Assembly: GCA_040954595.2 (NCBI GenBank)
Contig: CM082577.2
Location: 20,248,303 to 20,312,302 of the forward strand
Direction: 5' to 3'
Source: Balanoglossus misakiensis
Lineage: Eukaryota; Animalia; Hemichordata
DNA: 64,000 bases
In this document: positions 39,081 to 52,477 of the stretch, piece after piece
Layout of the letters: the number at the start of each line of letters is the position of its first letter
Position numbering within the stretch: position 1 is the first letter of the stretch
Position numbers and translations under genes: made by a program
The notes under the pieces: model-generated
What the model saw: the letters and a program-made list of their open reading frames with translations, nothing else
Database searches by the model: none
What the model was told of the DNA's origin: nothing

Positions 39081-40940
39081 CTAATACTATGGCCTACACG
39101 TTGATCACCTGATCGCATCGCCGTCTCACTTGGCTTTGGGCTACTGCCCATACTCCCAAGGCGCCCGCATCCTCGTGATATCCGTATTTTGACTGGTTGC
39201 TTCGCAACTCGTCAAAATATGGACATCATTCAAATACGATGAATACGAATTCGTATAATAACCCCTAATTATATACGAATTCGTATAATAACCCCTAATT
39301 ATACTAAATTTCAAAGACGACATCATGTTTCAGAAACAATTTTTTACCAATAATGTGGATAAAGAAAAAATGCATAAAAAAATAGAAAATTCATAATATA
39401 AAACTCAAAACCTACAGAACAGTGGTGAGGTTAACATAAGGTAGAAGCATACGAATTTTCAAAACAATTTGCCCAGAAGTTGTTGAGTTTCTGAGTTTTG
39501 ACCAATGCTTCTATTCTTGAAACAGAGCTCTAGGCGCATGAAAACAATGAACGAATACACATTGCAATAATAATTGTGATCATAATTTTTTTTTTCATCA
39601 GCAATAAGTCTAATGTGGGATGATGGAAAATTACTTGAACCAAATAATCGCATTAAGGACACGGCGGTCCCATTGAGGGATTACACAAGAAAAAGTCTGC
39701 ACCGGAGTAGTAAATACACACCATTTTGCAAAGCAATCTGACCAGTAGTTCTTGAGTCACTGAATTTTGACCAAATTCACATTTTCCCAGCTTATTTGCA
39801 TATTTTTGGCAATCACAACTTCATTTGAACAAACTCCCATCTACAGCCCAGCCTGCATCTGCGCTGCACACCAAAAACCAAGGTGATACACGCAGCAGTT
39901 TTTAAGTTTTAGATGTGGACATACATACATACATATAGACGCAACCGAGGCCGTAGGCCGAGGGAAATAGCATATGATTCTGGTAACTCACAGTCACGAG
40001 GGGGTAAAAACGGCTGCTATGGCCCGAATATAGGCCAGGCTATAGGTGTTTTATAATAAACCTCATGCTAACAGCTGGGAAAATCTTGCAATTTTCTCTT
40101 GAGGTTGGCAGACGACATCTTCAGCGGTGGCCATTGTGTCAGACGACGCGACGCTGATTGACGTGACCGAGTCTGCGCACTCATGCTGGTCACGTGACCG
40201 GTTTATATTTTTTCTGCTATTTCCCTAGGGATTCATAGTCAATTCTATTTTCCTATCACGTGACGGATTCTGGCGAATCACGACACAGTATTGGCATGAG
40301 GTATATTATAAATATACATATAAACCAAATAGGACCTAAAAAGGACTGTCAGATAGTGCAAATACGACGGAAATCAGTAACCTATTTGTTGAGTTTTTAT
40401 TTTGACTAAAATGCTGAGATTTGTGTCCAAGAATGTCACAATCTTACACTTTCCTAAGACCGTGTTCAAATATACCAATTCTTTACTATCAATCACGTGA
40501 TCTGGCAATGTGTGTAATGGCGCAGTCATTTCCAGATGACGGGCAAGCAATATTTCGGCATCTAGTAAAAGTTTTTCCGAGTATGTTTTTACTTTAGAAC
40601 CGCCAAACACATAACATGTATCGGGTATGTTGCCTCATCAGCCTCATTGCATTTCGTCTGCACAGTCTTTGTCTGCACCACGTAAGTCCACGTTGCTGAA
40701 GATGCCCGTCATCTGGAAATTTGAATGCGAACGTAACTGCCACCTGAACGCGTCTGACGTCATTTGATAGCGAAGAATATGGTTAAGATTACATCTATAT
40801 ATTAAACAGGAACTGACAGTCAAGATCTCTATCATGTAAAACTTTTACCCTTCTGCATTGTACTTGAAAATACTAAAACAAAACTACAAGTGTACACATA
40901 GACTTTATGACTGTACCTATAGGGGATTTATCTGGAGTTA

Positions 40941-41710
40941 GGCTGCATTCACAAACACCTCTGGAGGGGGGGGGGGAGAATTGAGGGGGGGATTTGAAAA
41001 GAAAAAATTGAGGGTATGTAAGGGGGGATTTGAAATAATTTAGGGACTGAAAGGGGGGGGGGACTTGAAAACTTTGACAACTAAATATTTATTTTGAGTC
41101 CACAAAAATGCAGTTTCGCACCCTTTATTTTACAAAATTTTCTAATGTGGGAGGGAGACACCCCCTCCCACACCCACCCCCTCCATTCATCAACACCTTT
41201 CAATCATTGATTGGTTTATCTAGTGTCCCAGGTCAGGGGACTTGCCCCCACCGCATGATAACTTTGAACGGCGACAGTTAAATTTGTCCTCCCCAACATA
41301 CCGGTAGTTGAGTTAATATGCTTTTGCCGGGTTCATTAAAATGCAGCTATGAGCTCTGTATTTTATAAAATTTTCTTCTTCAATTCTCGGTTTACAATGT
41401 CTCTCAACACAGAATACAAATACTTAAAAAATAAAAACAATGTTCAGTTTTAATATGAGGGGAAACATCAGTTTCAAATTCTTTTCATGGGAGCGCTGTT
41501 TTTCTTTTTTACAAGATAGATAGGTGATGTGTTTTGCTCTGTGAAAGAAAATGAGGGGGGGGGGGATTTCAAAATTTTGGCAGTTCGGAAGGGGGGATTT
41601 GAAAATATTTTGGGTTGTGTACGGGGGGCATGTGAAAATTAGCGGTAAAAAAAATTGAATTCTCCCGCCCCCCCCCCCCCCCCCCTCCAGAGGTGTTTGT
41701 GAATGCAGCC
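40941..41710. mobile_element. PIF/Harbinger-type MITE (family A, opposite orientation to 7324-8135)
   Basis: TTA|GGCTGCATTCACAAACACC ... GGTGTTTGTGAATGCAGCC|TTA. Confidence 0.9.
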
Positions 41711-41985
41711 TTAGGGTATTAAATTAATGGGTTTTAAGGATGTAAATTCATCAAAATTGAAAGTATTGTCATTTCTTTTAATTGTTGAGTTTTTGATTAT
41801 CCTGAGTATGTATAATGAAAATCTGTGATAAAATATAGGGGTCGATGTGCTTGTTTATGAAATACAGAGCCATGAATTTGGTCGATAACGATTTTATTTG
41901 ACCAATGAATTTATATTTCCTGGACTGAGCTATGTGAACAATTCCATGAAAATTACAATAGTAGAAGTTTGTTTTCTAGCAATTA

Positions 41986-42396
41986 GGGTGACGCTTTTTT
42001 TTTATTTGTTTCTCATCTCCAGAGGAATAGTCAGGCAGGGCGGGCGGGCGAAATAAAAAAAAAACGTGTACCAAAAAAAAACCTGTTTCAGTTCCATGTT
42101 TTATCCATTACAAACAAATGTGTAGGCCTATTTGTTTCTGTTCAATGTTCTGGCTGTTCAGTCATTGCAATTTCTTATCTTTCAGTCCAGTGTCTTGTGC
42201 TCTCTGTCCTTTTAGTCACTATAATTTCTTGTCTTTCACTTTAATGCTCTGTCCTTTCATTCTCTACAATTTCTTCCCTTTCCTGCGGCCTCGATGTCTT
42301 CAACCAATGGTCCGACCACAGGGAACTCAGGCTCATAGTTGTGGTAAAATGAATAATATTATCATTATGAATAAAAAATGGAAAAAAATATTAAAA

Positions 42397-42436
<40 letters not shown>

Positions 42437-43465
42437 TTGTAGTAGTTCTTGTTATCTATCATGTGTTAAAATCCAACATACCTACGCATGCTGTCTTCTC
42501 CCGGCCCCTAACACGTACTGTACTGGCCGACCTATATACTCTACCCTAAGAAAAAGACAAGGGATGCAACTTGTCTCATACCCAACTGATTTTCACTCGC
42601 CAAAAAACACACCAAGTCAACATCGGAATCGCTAAATTTCGACATGGGCCAACTTACAGTAGTCATACTCGACAATCCTGATCCGTACTGTACCTCATAT
42701 CGTAGATAAAGCTGGAAAATCCACAGTTTTCGCGATGTATTTTGGCATTGCTTGCAACAATCTCTTAGTGAAACCTCCAGCTCGTCCGCGTGATTCAAAA
42801 TTTGTGGTCTCCGAGGTCAACGGTCATGGCGATACCATTAGTAAAATAGGGGCTAATCATCAAAACGGTGGCGTATGATTTTTTTTAAGTAAGTTTCCAA
42901 ATTAAAACGTAAGTGAGCCAAGAAAACTACAGGTCAGATAAATTGTTTTCTCGTAAATTCAACATTAGAATCAAATTTGGCGTTGGAAACAAACGGCGGG
43001 TCGCCAGTTCCTGGTCTGGGGACTGGTTGAGTCACATTTTGATGATTAGCCCCTATTTTACTAATGGTATCGCCATGACCGTTGACCTCGGAGACCACAA
43101 ATTTTGAATCACGCGGACGAGCTGGAGGTTTCACTAAGAGATTGTTGCAAGCAATGCCAAAATACATCGCGAAAACTGTGGATTTTCCAGCTTTATCTAC
43201 GATATGAGGTACAGTACGGATCAGGATTGTCGAGTATGACTACTGTAAGTTGGCCCATGTCGAAATTTAGCGATTCCGATGTTGACTTGGTGTGCTTTTT
43301 GGCGAGTGAAAATCAGTTGGGTATGAGACAAGTTGCATCCCTTGTCTTTTTCTTAGGGTAGAGTATATAGGTCGGCCAGTACAGTACGTGTTAGGGGCCG
43401 GGAGAAGACAGCATGCGTAGGTATGTTGGATTTTAACACATGATAGATAACAAGAACTACTACAA

Positions 43466-43527
<62 letters not shown>

Positions 43528-43807
43528 TAATTTTTAATATTTTTTCCATTTTTTATTCATAATGATAATATTATTCATTTTACCACAACTATGAGCCTGA
43601 GTTCCCTGTGGTCCGACACGACCGCCATGATGAATATGACGTCATATTTGCAAAATCTCACAATTAGCCGTTGGGGGCGCTGTTGCTAGGATGATCGCCT
43701 CAAGTTCAGAGTCGGCGCAAATAAAACAGTTTTTTTTATTTTCATGTCGGAGCTGAAATTTACGGTCGGTCGGGAGATGAGAAACAGAGAAAATAAAAAC
43801 GTCGCCC
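41986..43807. mobile_element. Harbinger-type MITE (host of the nested fold-back)
   Basis: TTA|GGGTGACG..TTTCTCATCTCC ... GGAGATGAGAAA..CGTCGCCC|TTA. Confidence 0.75.
42317..43610. mobile_element. Fold-back element, P/Galileo-like (7-bp TSD)
   Basis: GTCCGAC|CACAGGGAACTC ... GAGTTCCCTGTG|GTCCGAC. Arms 42317-42865 and 43037-43610 are near-perfect inverted copies. Confidence 0.9.
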
Positions 43808-44046
43808 TTATCAATGTAAACCTATTGGAAAAAGACGAGTGCGCGCAGTTTTCCGGCTTACATTCTGTTATAGGGGGTACTCAGGAGATTGCAAGAACCC
43901 CTAAGTTTAGTAATAAAGATCATACTCGTTGGCAGCCATCTTTGTCAGTGTCACGCACTATAACACGTTCTGCGTGTACATCCTTAAAGAAGCATTGGAT
44001 TCATTAAGGCTTAAATAGTCATACACTGAGATACACACACAGACAA

Positions 44047-47000
44047 TAGTCGGCTGCACTTATGAAAAAAAAGCACCTTACCCCCAAAAAATTGCAACAA
44101 AAGGTGTCTCAATGGTTTTCTATAGAATCGAATGTGCTTATTAACATACTTAAAGTCTACCAAAATCCGATGACCGGAAACACGTCATTTTCAAGATGGC
44201 GTCAAAGATGGCTGCCGCATACTTAAAATGGCCATAACTACAAGTATTCTTTATTCTAAATCAGTGATAAAAATTGCAACAAAAGATTTCTCAACGGTTT
44301 TCTATAGTATTGAATGTACTTATTAACATACTAAAAGTCTACCAAAAACCGATGACCGGAAACACATCATTTTCAAGATGGCGTCCAAGATGGCCGCCAC
44401 ATACTTAAAATGGCCATAACTACAATTGTTCTTTATTCTAAATCAGACATAAAAATTGCAACTAAAGGTTTCTCAACAGTTTTCTATAGTATCGAATGTG
44501 CCTATTAACATACTAAAAGTCTACCAAAATCCCATGACCGGAAATACGTCATTTCCAAGATGGCGTACAAGATGGCCGCCGCATATCTAAAATGGTAATA
44601 TAACTATATACAAGTGCCATTTTACCCCAGGAGATAGATGCCTTACATCATAATTTTTGGTAAGGAAGGTTAAGAAGTCAATTCTATGTAAAACAATTGG
44701 GTTGATTCCCAAACAATAGTCTTAAAGACCCCACTCAAGACAAAAATTGCCGTTTTGGCCCTTTTTGTCCCAAAAGGGTCATTTTTAGAATGCAATAAAA
44801 ACAAACTGTTTTCTTCTCATCAGAGATCTGATGATGTATGATAAGCCCATTCTATTTAAAATTGTGTGACTATTCCAAAAAGCAGTCTTATTGACCCCAC
44901 GCAAGACAAAATTGCCTAATTATCCATTTTTGTCCCAAAAAATCATTTTAGACAAAATAAAAAACATACTGTTTTCCGCACATTCGGTGATCAGAAAAAT
45001 TAAAAACAATTTTTTCCACACATTCGGTGGTCTGATGATATATGGAAAGTCAATTCTAGGTTAAAAGTGGTGACTATTCCAAAATAGTAGTGTTATTGAC
45101 CCCACTCAATACAAACTTGCCATTTTGGCCACTTTTGGTTAAAAATTTGTCATTTAAAAAACAAACTGTTTTATTCATATTGCGATTGGTGTAACGAAAG
45201 TCCATTATGTAAATACTGGTGATGATTCCAGAAAAGGTAGTTTTGTTGCCCTCAAATCATTTATAAATGCTAGTCCCACACCCTAGAAAAAAACTTAGAC
45301 ATTACAATCCAGAAGAAACAATCAATCTTGATGAAACCATTTTCCCCCCGACAGATATTTTCCCTATATTTCCAGTACAATGTTTTTTATAAAGCACTTG
45401 TTCAAAATAAGGCAGAAAGGCCACAACTTACACACGAAAAACTTCATCCAAACAGCAGCTTTTTGGGGAAAGATCTTTTGAATCTCCCCTATTAGACTAT
45501 CAGGGATGAAAAACGGAGAAGTTACCAATTTAAAAAATTACATAGAATTATTGCCTATCGTAGCCTTTTAAAGAAATGGAATGCCGATGATTCGTGTATA
45601 CATTATGGTGGTACTGAGATTATACAACATCTGTTCTATTCATGTGTCAATATGTAAGGGACCTTTTGATAAGTTTAACAACCTTTGGCGAGAGATCTCT
45701 TCAAGAGGTTTCGTGTCTCTTGATATTTTTAGTTAAACTATGTCGTTCTGATCGGAAAATATAACTTGTATTTGATACGATTTTGTAATTTTAGACTGTC
45801 ATTTTCAATGTTTATTGAAACTTTAAAATACGTTACGAATATAGAGGCAAAAAATGTGAACTTAAAAGCAAACCTACCATGTTTTTTACCGGAAATGCCT
45901 TAAAACATCTGCAAAATGATTGAATTATAAATTTTTTCGCATTTTACACTGTTTCTATTTGCATTGTTCTCGTATCTTTTGTATGCTATGTATTTTCCCT
46001 GAGCTTTCTTGTCAATTATCATGTTTATAATATCATATAAATTAAAATTCGATTGAAAGAAAAAACGGACTTTTAATACATCATCAAATCTCTGCATATG
46101 AAGAAAACAGTTTGTCTAAAATTGACAAATGTTTGACCAAAAAGTGGCCAAAATGGCAATATTGTATTGAGTGGGGTCAATAAGACTAATTTTTGATGAA
46201 CTCTTCACTTTTAATGTAGAATTGACTTTCCATATATCATCAGATCGCTGAATGTGGAAAAAACAGTTTGTTTTTAATTTTGTCTAAATGAACTTTATGG
46301 GCAAAAAATGGACAATAAGGCAATCTTGTATTGGGTGCGGTCAATTAGACTGCTTTTTGGAATAGTTACCACATTTTACATAGAAGGGCATGTCATACAT
46401 CACCAGACCTCAAATGTGAAGAAAACAGTTTGTTGTTATTGTTTTCTAAAAAATGACCCTTTTTGGGCAAAAGTGGCCACAATAACAGTTTTGTCTTGAA
46501 TGGGGTCCATATGACTGCTTTTGGAATTAGGCCCATTTTGCGTGAACTTGTTAAACCTTCCTTACCAAAAATTCTCATTAAAGGCATCTTTCTCCTTGGA
46601 TAAAATAGCACTTGTAGTTATGACCATGAAAATTACTTTTTCCGGTCATGGGATTTTGGTAGACTTTTAATATGTTAGTAAGCTTATTTGATAATACAAA
46701 CAAACGTTGAGAAACCTTCAGTTGCAATTTTTATCACTGATGAAAAATAAAGAATACTTGTAGTTATGGCCATTTTAAGTATGCGGCAGCCATCTTTGAC
46801 GCCATCTTGAAAATGACGCATTTCCGGTCATTGGATTTCGGTAGACCTTTAGTATGTTAATAAGTACATTCGATACTATAGAAAACCGTTGAGAAACCTT
46901 TTGTTGCAATTTTTATCACTGATAAAAAATAAAGAATACTTGTAGTTATGGCCATTTTAAGTGTGCGGTAGCCATCTTTGACGCCATCTTGAAAATGACG

Positions 47001-47489
47001 CATTTCCAGTCATTGGATTTCGGTAGACCTTTAGTATGTTAATAAGTACATTCGATACTATAGAAAACCGTTGAGAAACCTTTTGTTGCAATTTTTATCA
47101 CTGATGAAAAATAAAGAATACTTGTAGTTATGGCCATTTTAAGTGTGCGGTAGCCATCTTTGACGCCATCTTGAAAATGACGCATTTCCAGTCATTGGAT
47201 TTCGGTAGACCTTTAGTATGTTAATAAGTACATTCGATACTATAGAAAACCGTTGAGAAACCTTTTGTTGCAATTTTTATCACTGATGAAAAATAAAGAA
47301 TACTTGTAGTTATGGCCATTTTAAGTATGCGGCAGCCATCTTTGACGCCATCTTGAAAATGACGCATTTCCAGTCATTGGATTTCGGTAGACCTTTAGTA
47401 TGTTAATAAGTACATTCGATACTATAGAAAACCGTTGAGAAATCTTTTGTTGAAATTTTTTGGGGTCAAACCATATTTGCAGCTGACTA
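44047..47489. mobile_element. 3.4-kb fold-back DNA element with 182-bp subterminal tandem arrays
   Basis: Ends TAGTCGGCTGCA / TGCAGCTGACTA flanked by a CAA (or ACAAT) direct repeat. 3 left and ~5 right inverted 182-bp units; arms extend inward to ~45200 and ~46090. Confidence 0.8.
45300..46070 (+). mobile_element. Degenerate L1/Tx1-type LINE 3' fragment (zf-RVT region)
   Basis: ~45478-45645 translates LNLPY*TIRDEKRRSYQFKKLHRIIAYRSLLKKWNADDSCIHYGGTEIIQHLFYSC. Confidence 0.7.
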
Positions 47490-48017
47490 CAATGCAAACC
47501 CATTAGTAGTACTCAGATGTGACGTTAATTGAAGAATAAAATTAAGTAAACATTTGCATATTATTAAAATTCATTACTTGTATTCTATGGTAATTGCTAC
47601 TGTAACATTACACTGACTTTACATGACTTATAACATTGTCCCAACATCAAGCAACTTTAACATGCCATACCAGGAATTTGACACATATTTTTTTCATTTT
47701 GTAACAAGGTGGCTATTAAATGTAATTAAAGGTAAAAGGTCACCTGTACAAATCTAGCCAGAATTCCACAAGGGCCATGAGAAAAGTGTGTTACCTCATG
47801 GTAACACTTTGACACACGCCTTTTAATCTTAAATGGCCATAGGTATATTAGAGATGACCATGTACCTTTAACACAGGAAAAGAGGACACAGAGAGGACAC
47901 ACAAAGCACTTACAAAACCAGAGAAGACATCTTCATTAAATTAATGGTCAAACATGGGAAGTTTGGTTAATTTCTAACAAACAGATCCTTATTAATGGTG
48001 AACTTGAAAGTGTATAC

Positions 48018-48125
48018 CTTCTATCATTGAGCGTACACGCCGCCATGTCAAAGCCTGTGAGTATGTAGAGTGATGTCTTGGTGTCAAGTGTTTTGGGAAT
48101 GATGAATAACTACGGTGTTTGCCAA
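48018..48125 (-). CDS. BAIAP2: BAIAP2-like, linker exon (symmetric phase 1-1, possibly alternative)
   Basis: tttgtag|...GAAG|gtatac, 108 bp, open in the required frame: GKHRSYSSFPKHLTPRHHSTYSQALTWRRVRSMIE. Confidence 0.65.
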
Positions 48126-48782
48126 CTACAAAGCACAAGCAAAAAAGTACTGGCCATTTAAGAAAATTTTGCTGATTCTGTATTCAGTATCACATGCAAA
48201 CAACATAGTACTGTACTCATCCCATCATAGCCCCATGCTAGTTTATAAGCCCCCCTCCCCAAGTTTATGGAAGTTTTGAAAATAATTTACATTCATGTAT
48301 AAGCCCATACCGTATATTGCTGCAGAGCAAGGACTTCAAAAGAAAATAATCTTTGCAAAAATGGGGTCTGTGGCAAAAAAACACCTTTCGTTGGCATTGA
48401 TCATCAAATTAGTTTCTGGCAAAGGAAAAAAAACACTGACTTGGCTGTTATTATTAATTTATTTGCATAAATAAGCATATATTAAATAAATCCAGCTGTA
48501 TACAGACAACATTCCATAATAGGCCCATACTCTACAAATTTTTGGATTTTCCTTTCACTCCCTAGTGGCTTATGATGGGACGAGTACGGTAAGTCTGTCT
48601 ATAGTTTTGTATCAACCTTTAAGAACTGTCTGGCACACATAAGCACCCACAAAACACAAATACACACACATATAGCATTCATACATACTTTACACATGGA
48701 CACATGCATATATGCATGTCAACAATACAGCCTTATTCTGGAGACTGGCCATATAAAATTGCAAAAAGTAAAAGTTACTTAC

Positions 48783-48915
48783 TTGTTGCAAACTGTTGTT
48801 GCACCAACTGCTTCGAAGGCTGCATCACTGAATGTTTCTTTGGATTTGGCAATGTAGCACTTGGATACATCATTGGACCAGGTTCAACATCAACTGTCAG
48901 AGGTTTCTGAATATT
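48783..48915 (-). CDS. BAIAP2: BAIAP2-like, linker exon
   Basis: 133 bp, phase 0 to 1. NIQKPLTVDVEPGPMMYPSATLPNPKKHSVMQPSKQLVQQQFAT; donor gtaagt. Confidence 0.8.
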
Positions 48916-49140
48916 CTGCAAAGACGGTTTTTTAAACAAACTTTATGATTTAATATAAGAGATGATCCCCTCTCCTCATGACTGTAAAAATGTATGGTAG
49001 TTTGTCACAACAGTGGAGAAATCTGTATTATTGTGCATGCTCTGACATGTATTGGGGAGCAATTTACACAATTCACACTCAACTGTTTTGAATGATTCTT
49101 CACCAACATGACAACAGAAAATATGCTTTATAACACAAAC

Positions 49141-49284
49141 CTCTCTTCCAGAACTGTGTAGACTTTCTTCAGCATCCATATTAGCAGTATACACTGAGAG
49201 ATTTTGCCTGTACTGTCTCCTCTGTTGTGATCTTCCACCTAGCATCTCACCGTGAGCATCCACATCTATAAACCCTTGTTTGAA
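49141..49284 (-). CDS. BAIAP2: BAIAP2-like, linker exon
   Basis: 144 bp, phase 0-0. FKQGFIDVDAHGEMLGGRSQQRRQYRQNLSVYTANMDAEESLHSSGRE. Confidence 0.78.
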
Positions 49285-49366
49285 CTGTGAATAATTATTA
49301 GACAATCAGCCTAGTTAAATAAGCTGGTGTATAGCAGAGCACAGAGCTGAGCTTGGTCTGGTTTAA

Positions 49367-49550
49367 AGGTATACGGTCACCTATGGAAAATTAGCTATAG
49401 TTACCATGGCAAATTGAGATCTAGCCAATCACAGATATTCAGTGGGTGTCACACGCGAAAAAAGAGCGCCACCATATGTTCTTAAGAACACCCAAATACG
49501 CCATTTCAGCCATATTTGGACGTATTTACATTGGAGGTGACCGTATACCT
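49367..49550. mobile_element. Kolobok-type MITE
   Basis: TTAA|AGGTATACGGTCACC ... GGTGACCGTATACCT|TTAA. Confidence 0.85.
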
Positions 49551-50442
49551 TTAATTCACTTTATATCCACATGTAAATTAACATAAACAGTGTCATGTAT
49601 CAAACATAATTTATGGAAAAAAGAGCAGCGAGAGAGAGAGACTTTGTCCCTTTAACATCCTCATGAGGTGTTATTTTAGTTGCAGTTTGCTGGTAACAAC
49701 TGAAGCAGAATTGGAAACAGTTAACAGAATTGCAGCCCATTGGGAAGATATTTATTTGCTCTTACCTTCAGTGCCAGCCAATGTGTTTGAACAACAACAA
49801 TATTTTGTATGCATTTGTATGAAAATATTTATTTTATATGTTTTCATGCACAGACAATTTTCAGCTAACATTTGTTAAACTGTTTACCTAAAAATCAGAT
49901 GATGGTTTGCAAACACTCGTATCAGTGCAGAAGAGAGTATTAAAGTCATATTGTAACACTTGGCTTATGCAACAGATTTTAACTCATGTGCCTCACTTCT
50001 ACCAGAAACTGTTTTATTGATGGGTATATCCTTATTTCTTATCAGGTAAAGGGGTGTGTTGATGGAATGAGTGGACAATGTCATGACTACAGACTAAGAC
50101 CTCTTATCATCTATCCAAGGTATCAGTTCTAGTGATAATTAATTTAGAGTGAGTCTTTTCAATTGTACAGCCACAGAAATGTTTTATCGATCATAACATG
50201 CCATTTATTTAGAACACCTCTTCAATTTTTATACACATCTTCAAAAACATTCGTTCTAACTACATCACTCAACCTTTAATTTTCCATTGAACTAACATTT
50301 GTAAAGACAGTAATTTCTGCATACAGCTGGTTATGTTTGTCAGCTGTTGGCCATGTTTTACATATGCTGACTTGTACATTATCACAGTTTTCCCCAAGAA
50401 CACACAGAAAATCTGGTGTTGGATAATAAAAATCCTACTCAC

Positions 50443-50538
50443 AACTTGAAGAGTGTTTTCACATTCACTTGGCAAGCGGTCAGGATGATCACTATTCTTC
50501 TGCCATTCTGGAATCCTGTGCCGGTATAAACTAACAGC
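50443..50538 (-). CDS. BAIAP2: BAIAP2-like, end of IMD domain
   Basis: 96 bp. AVSLYRHRIPEWQKNSDHPDRLPSECENTLQV resembles KELLAQKLPLWQQACADPSKIPE. Confidence 0.9.
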
Positions 50539-50865
50539 CTGCAAGCAGTAGCATCAAAGTCAAACGTTTGTTCAGAAAAAGTGCTTTATGTGTTTCGATT
50601 AGCTGTGAAAATCATCACTCAAACATTTCGGGGCAATTTATATATTTGACACCGGTGTTACAAGTAGAAAGCAATATAAGCTTAGTACATTGTACCAGTA
50701 TTTTACAGAACAGAAACTCTTTCTTGCATCAATGTTCCAATGTGGTTTTATAAGATTTGGAACATGATGCATGTGCAGTGCTGGTGACATCACTTCAACT
50801 GATTTCTAGATTATTTACAAATTTGGCATCAATCATGTCAAAAAATCCCCAAAAGAATGGCTTAC

Positions 50866-50952
50866 TTTTCCATGGAAGACTGAGTTATTTTTCAGGACTT
50901 CACATTGTCGCAAAATTAGGAAGCAGTATCTTCTTCTTTCCTCTTGCCAAAC
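50866..50952 (-). CDS. BAIAP2: BAIAP2-like, IMD exon
   Basis: 87 bp. VWQEERRRYCFLILRQCEVLKNNSVFHGK contains the IMD EERRRFCFL signature. Confidence 0.95.
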
Positions 50953-51337
50953 CTTTGCAAAACAGAGAATGTTAATGAAGTAGTAAAAATAAGTGTGACA
51001 TCAAAACGAAAAATTACAAATGATTTCATCAAACCAAAAGAACTCGTTAAGTTTGGTTACAAAATGTTTCTTTTTTATGTTTACGTAATGAGTACTGGGA
51101 AAAGACTTGTATCTAAAGAAATACTGCAATGTATAACATTTCTTTTGCTGGTGATGTCACACATCACTCCCATGATTTTTCTCATACCCATAAGAATGCC
51201 GTGTTACATCCATTTCAGTTATGAATATAGCTACACTCTCTTATCGGTATATATACAACCTGTGGTGAAGCACTGGCCTATTACATGTAAACGAGTTAAT
51301 CTCTTCATCGAATCTGAATCAAATTTACATGTCAGCA

Positions 51338-52256
51338 CATAGACCCTAGAGAAAGAAGGACGCGCAACTGCGGCAAAGATCGAAGGGTTTGGGGATTATC
51401 GGTATGACTATGTTCTTTTGCATATCATTTACACCTAAGACAGTTGGACAATGACTTCCTTACTTTGGCACGTGTCGACCCTACCAGTGATGCGAAGACT
51501 TGCCACCAAACTGGCACTCCTATATTTCAGCAGCCACTGCGTTTTTTTCTAAAATTCAAAAAGTCTTACGCTGTTTGTGCTATTTATTATGGTTTGGTGT
51601 TCGTCTGTCGGTTGAACGGTCATTTCTAGTGCCACAAGCTTCATTTAAAAATTGTAAACAAATCATCCATGTTTTTTGCATGTCCGACTGGGCATTCATA
51701 TTTCTTGGTAATGCTGACACTTTTCGTAATAATTTTATGTTTGCGTGAAGCATTGAAACAAAAATTGTGGTTTAGGGGCATTTTATTTCGCATTGAGTGA
51801 ACAATAAAACAGATTTCACGAAAACAATTTGTAAACAAACTGGGTGGATTTCCACGTGTGCGCTATGGCCGCCATCTTGGTTTCTCATGGTTGACGACGG
51901 CAGGCAACCCTCGGTAAGGTTAGCTCACAGCCTTGTCAAATACCCGGACTGTTAGACAGAAGATGATTGTTTTGGACGCTGTCAGACTCAGAAGTGCCAA
52001 ATTCGTGTTTAACTTGTCCAGATGTGTTCCATAAATGATCGCTGCAGTTCAACCACATTGCAGTTTTCTCGTTTTCTGTGAGATGTTCTGAGGTGTTTGT
52101 GATAACTTCACGCAAAACGCGAGACTTTGCGTTAGTTTATACATAGTTTATTTGCAAATTGGATTATTGGGGATTATCCGGAAATAATGTATGCAAAAGA
52201 ACATCGTTTCAAGAAAAACCTGGAGTTGCGCGTCCTTCTTCTCTCTAGGGTCTATG
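51338..52256. mobile_element. P-superfamily-like non-autonomous element (7-bp TSD)
   Basis: GTCAGCA|CATAGACCCTAGAGAAAGAAGGACGCGCAACT ... AGTTGCGCGTCCTTCTTCTCTCTAGGGTCTATG|GTCAGCA. Confidence 0.88.
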
Positions 52257-52324
52257 GTCAGCATAAACGGTTATAAAAAAGAACTAGAAATAAATATTTT
52301 GATTAGCCCTTTCTATAGATTTAC

Positions 52325-52477
52325 CGTTTTCAGTGACTGAGCTCTAAATTCATTTAAAGCTTGTTCTTTCTGTGTGAATTCCTGCTCACATCTCCTTTCC
52401 TTTTCTGTATACTTGGCTGTGTTTTTCTGACTTTTCTTCTGGTACTTCTTGTAATCATTCCTTGCTTTTTCTAGAGC
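52325..52477 (-). CDS. BAIAP2: BAIAP2-like, IMD exon
   Basis: 153 bp. ALEKARNDYKKYQKKSQKNTAKYTEKERRCEQEFTQKEQALNEFRAQSLKT resembles ALDKCQAELKKLRKKSQ..KYSDKE. Confidence 0.93.

Noticed and set aside
42541-43361. Two identical 85-aa ORFs on opposite strands
   Set aside because: Mirror images from the fold-back arms, starting at a non-ATG codon, with no recognisable domain.
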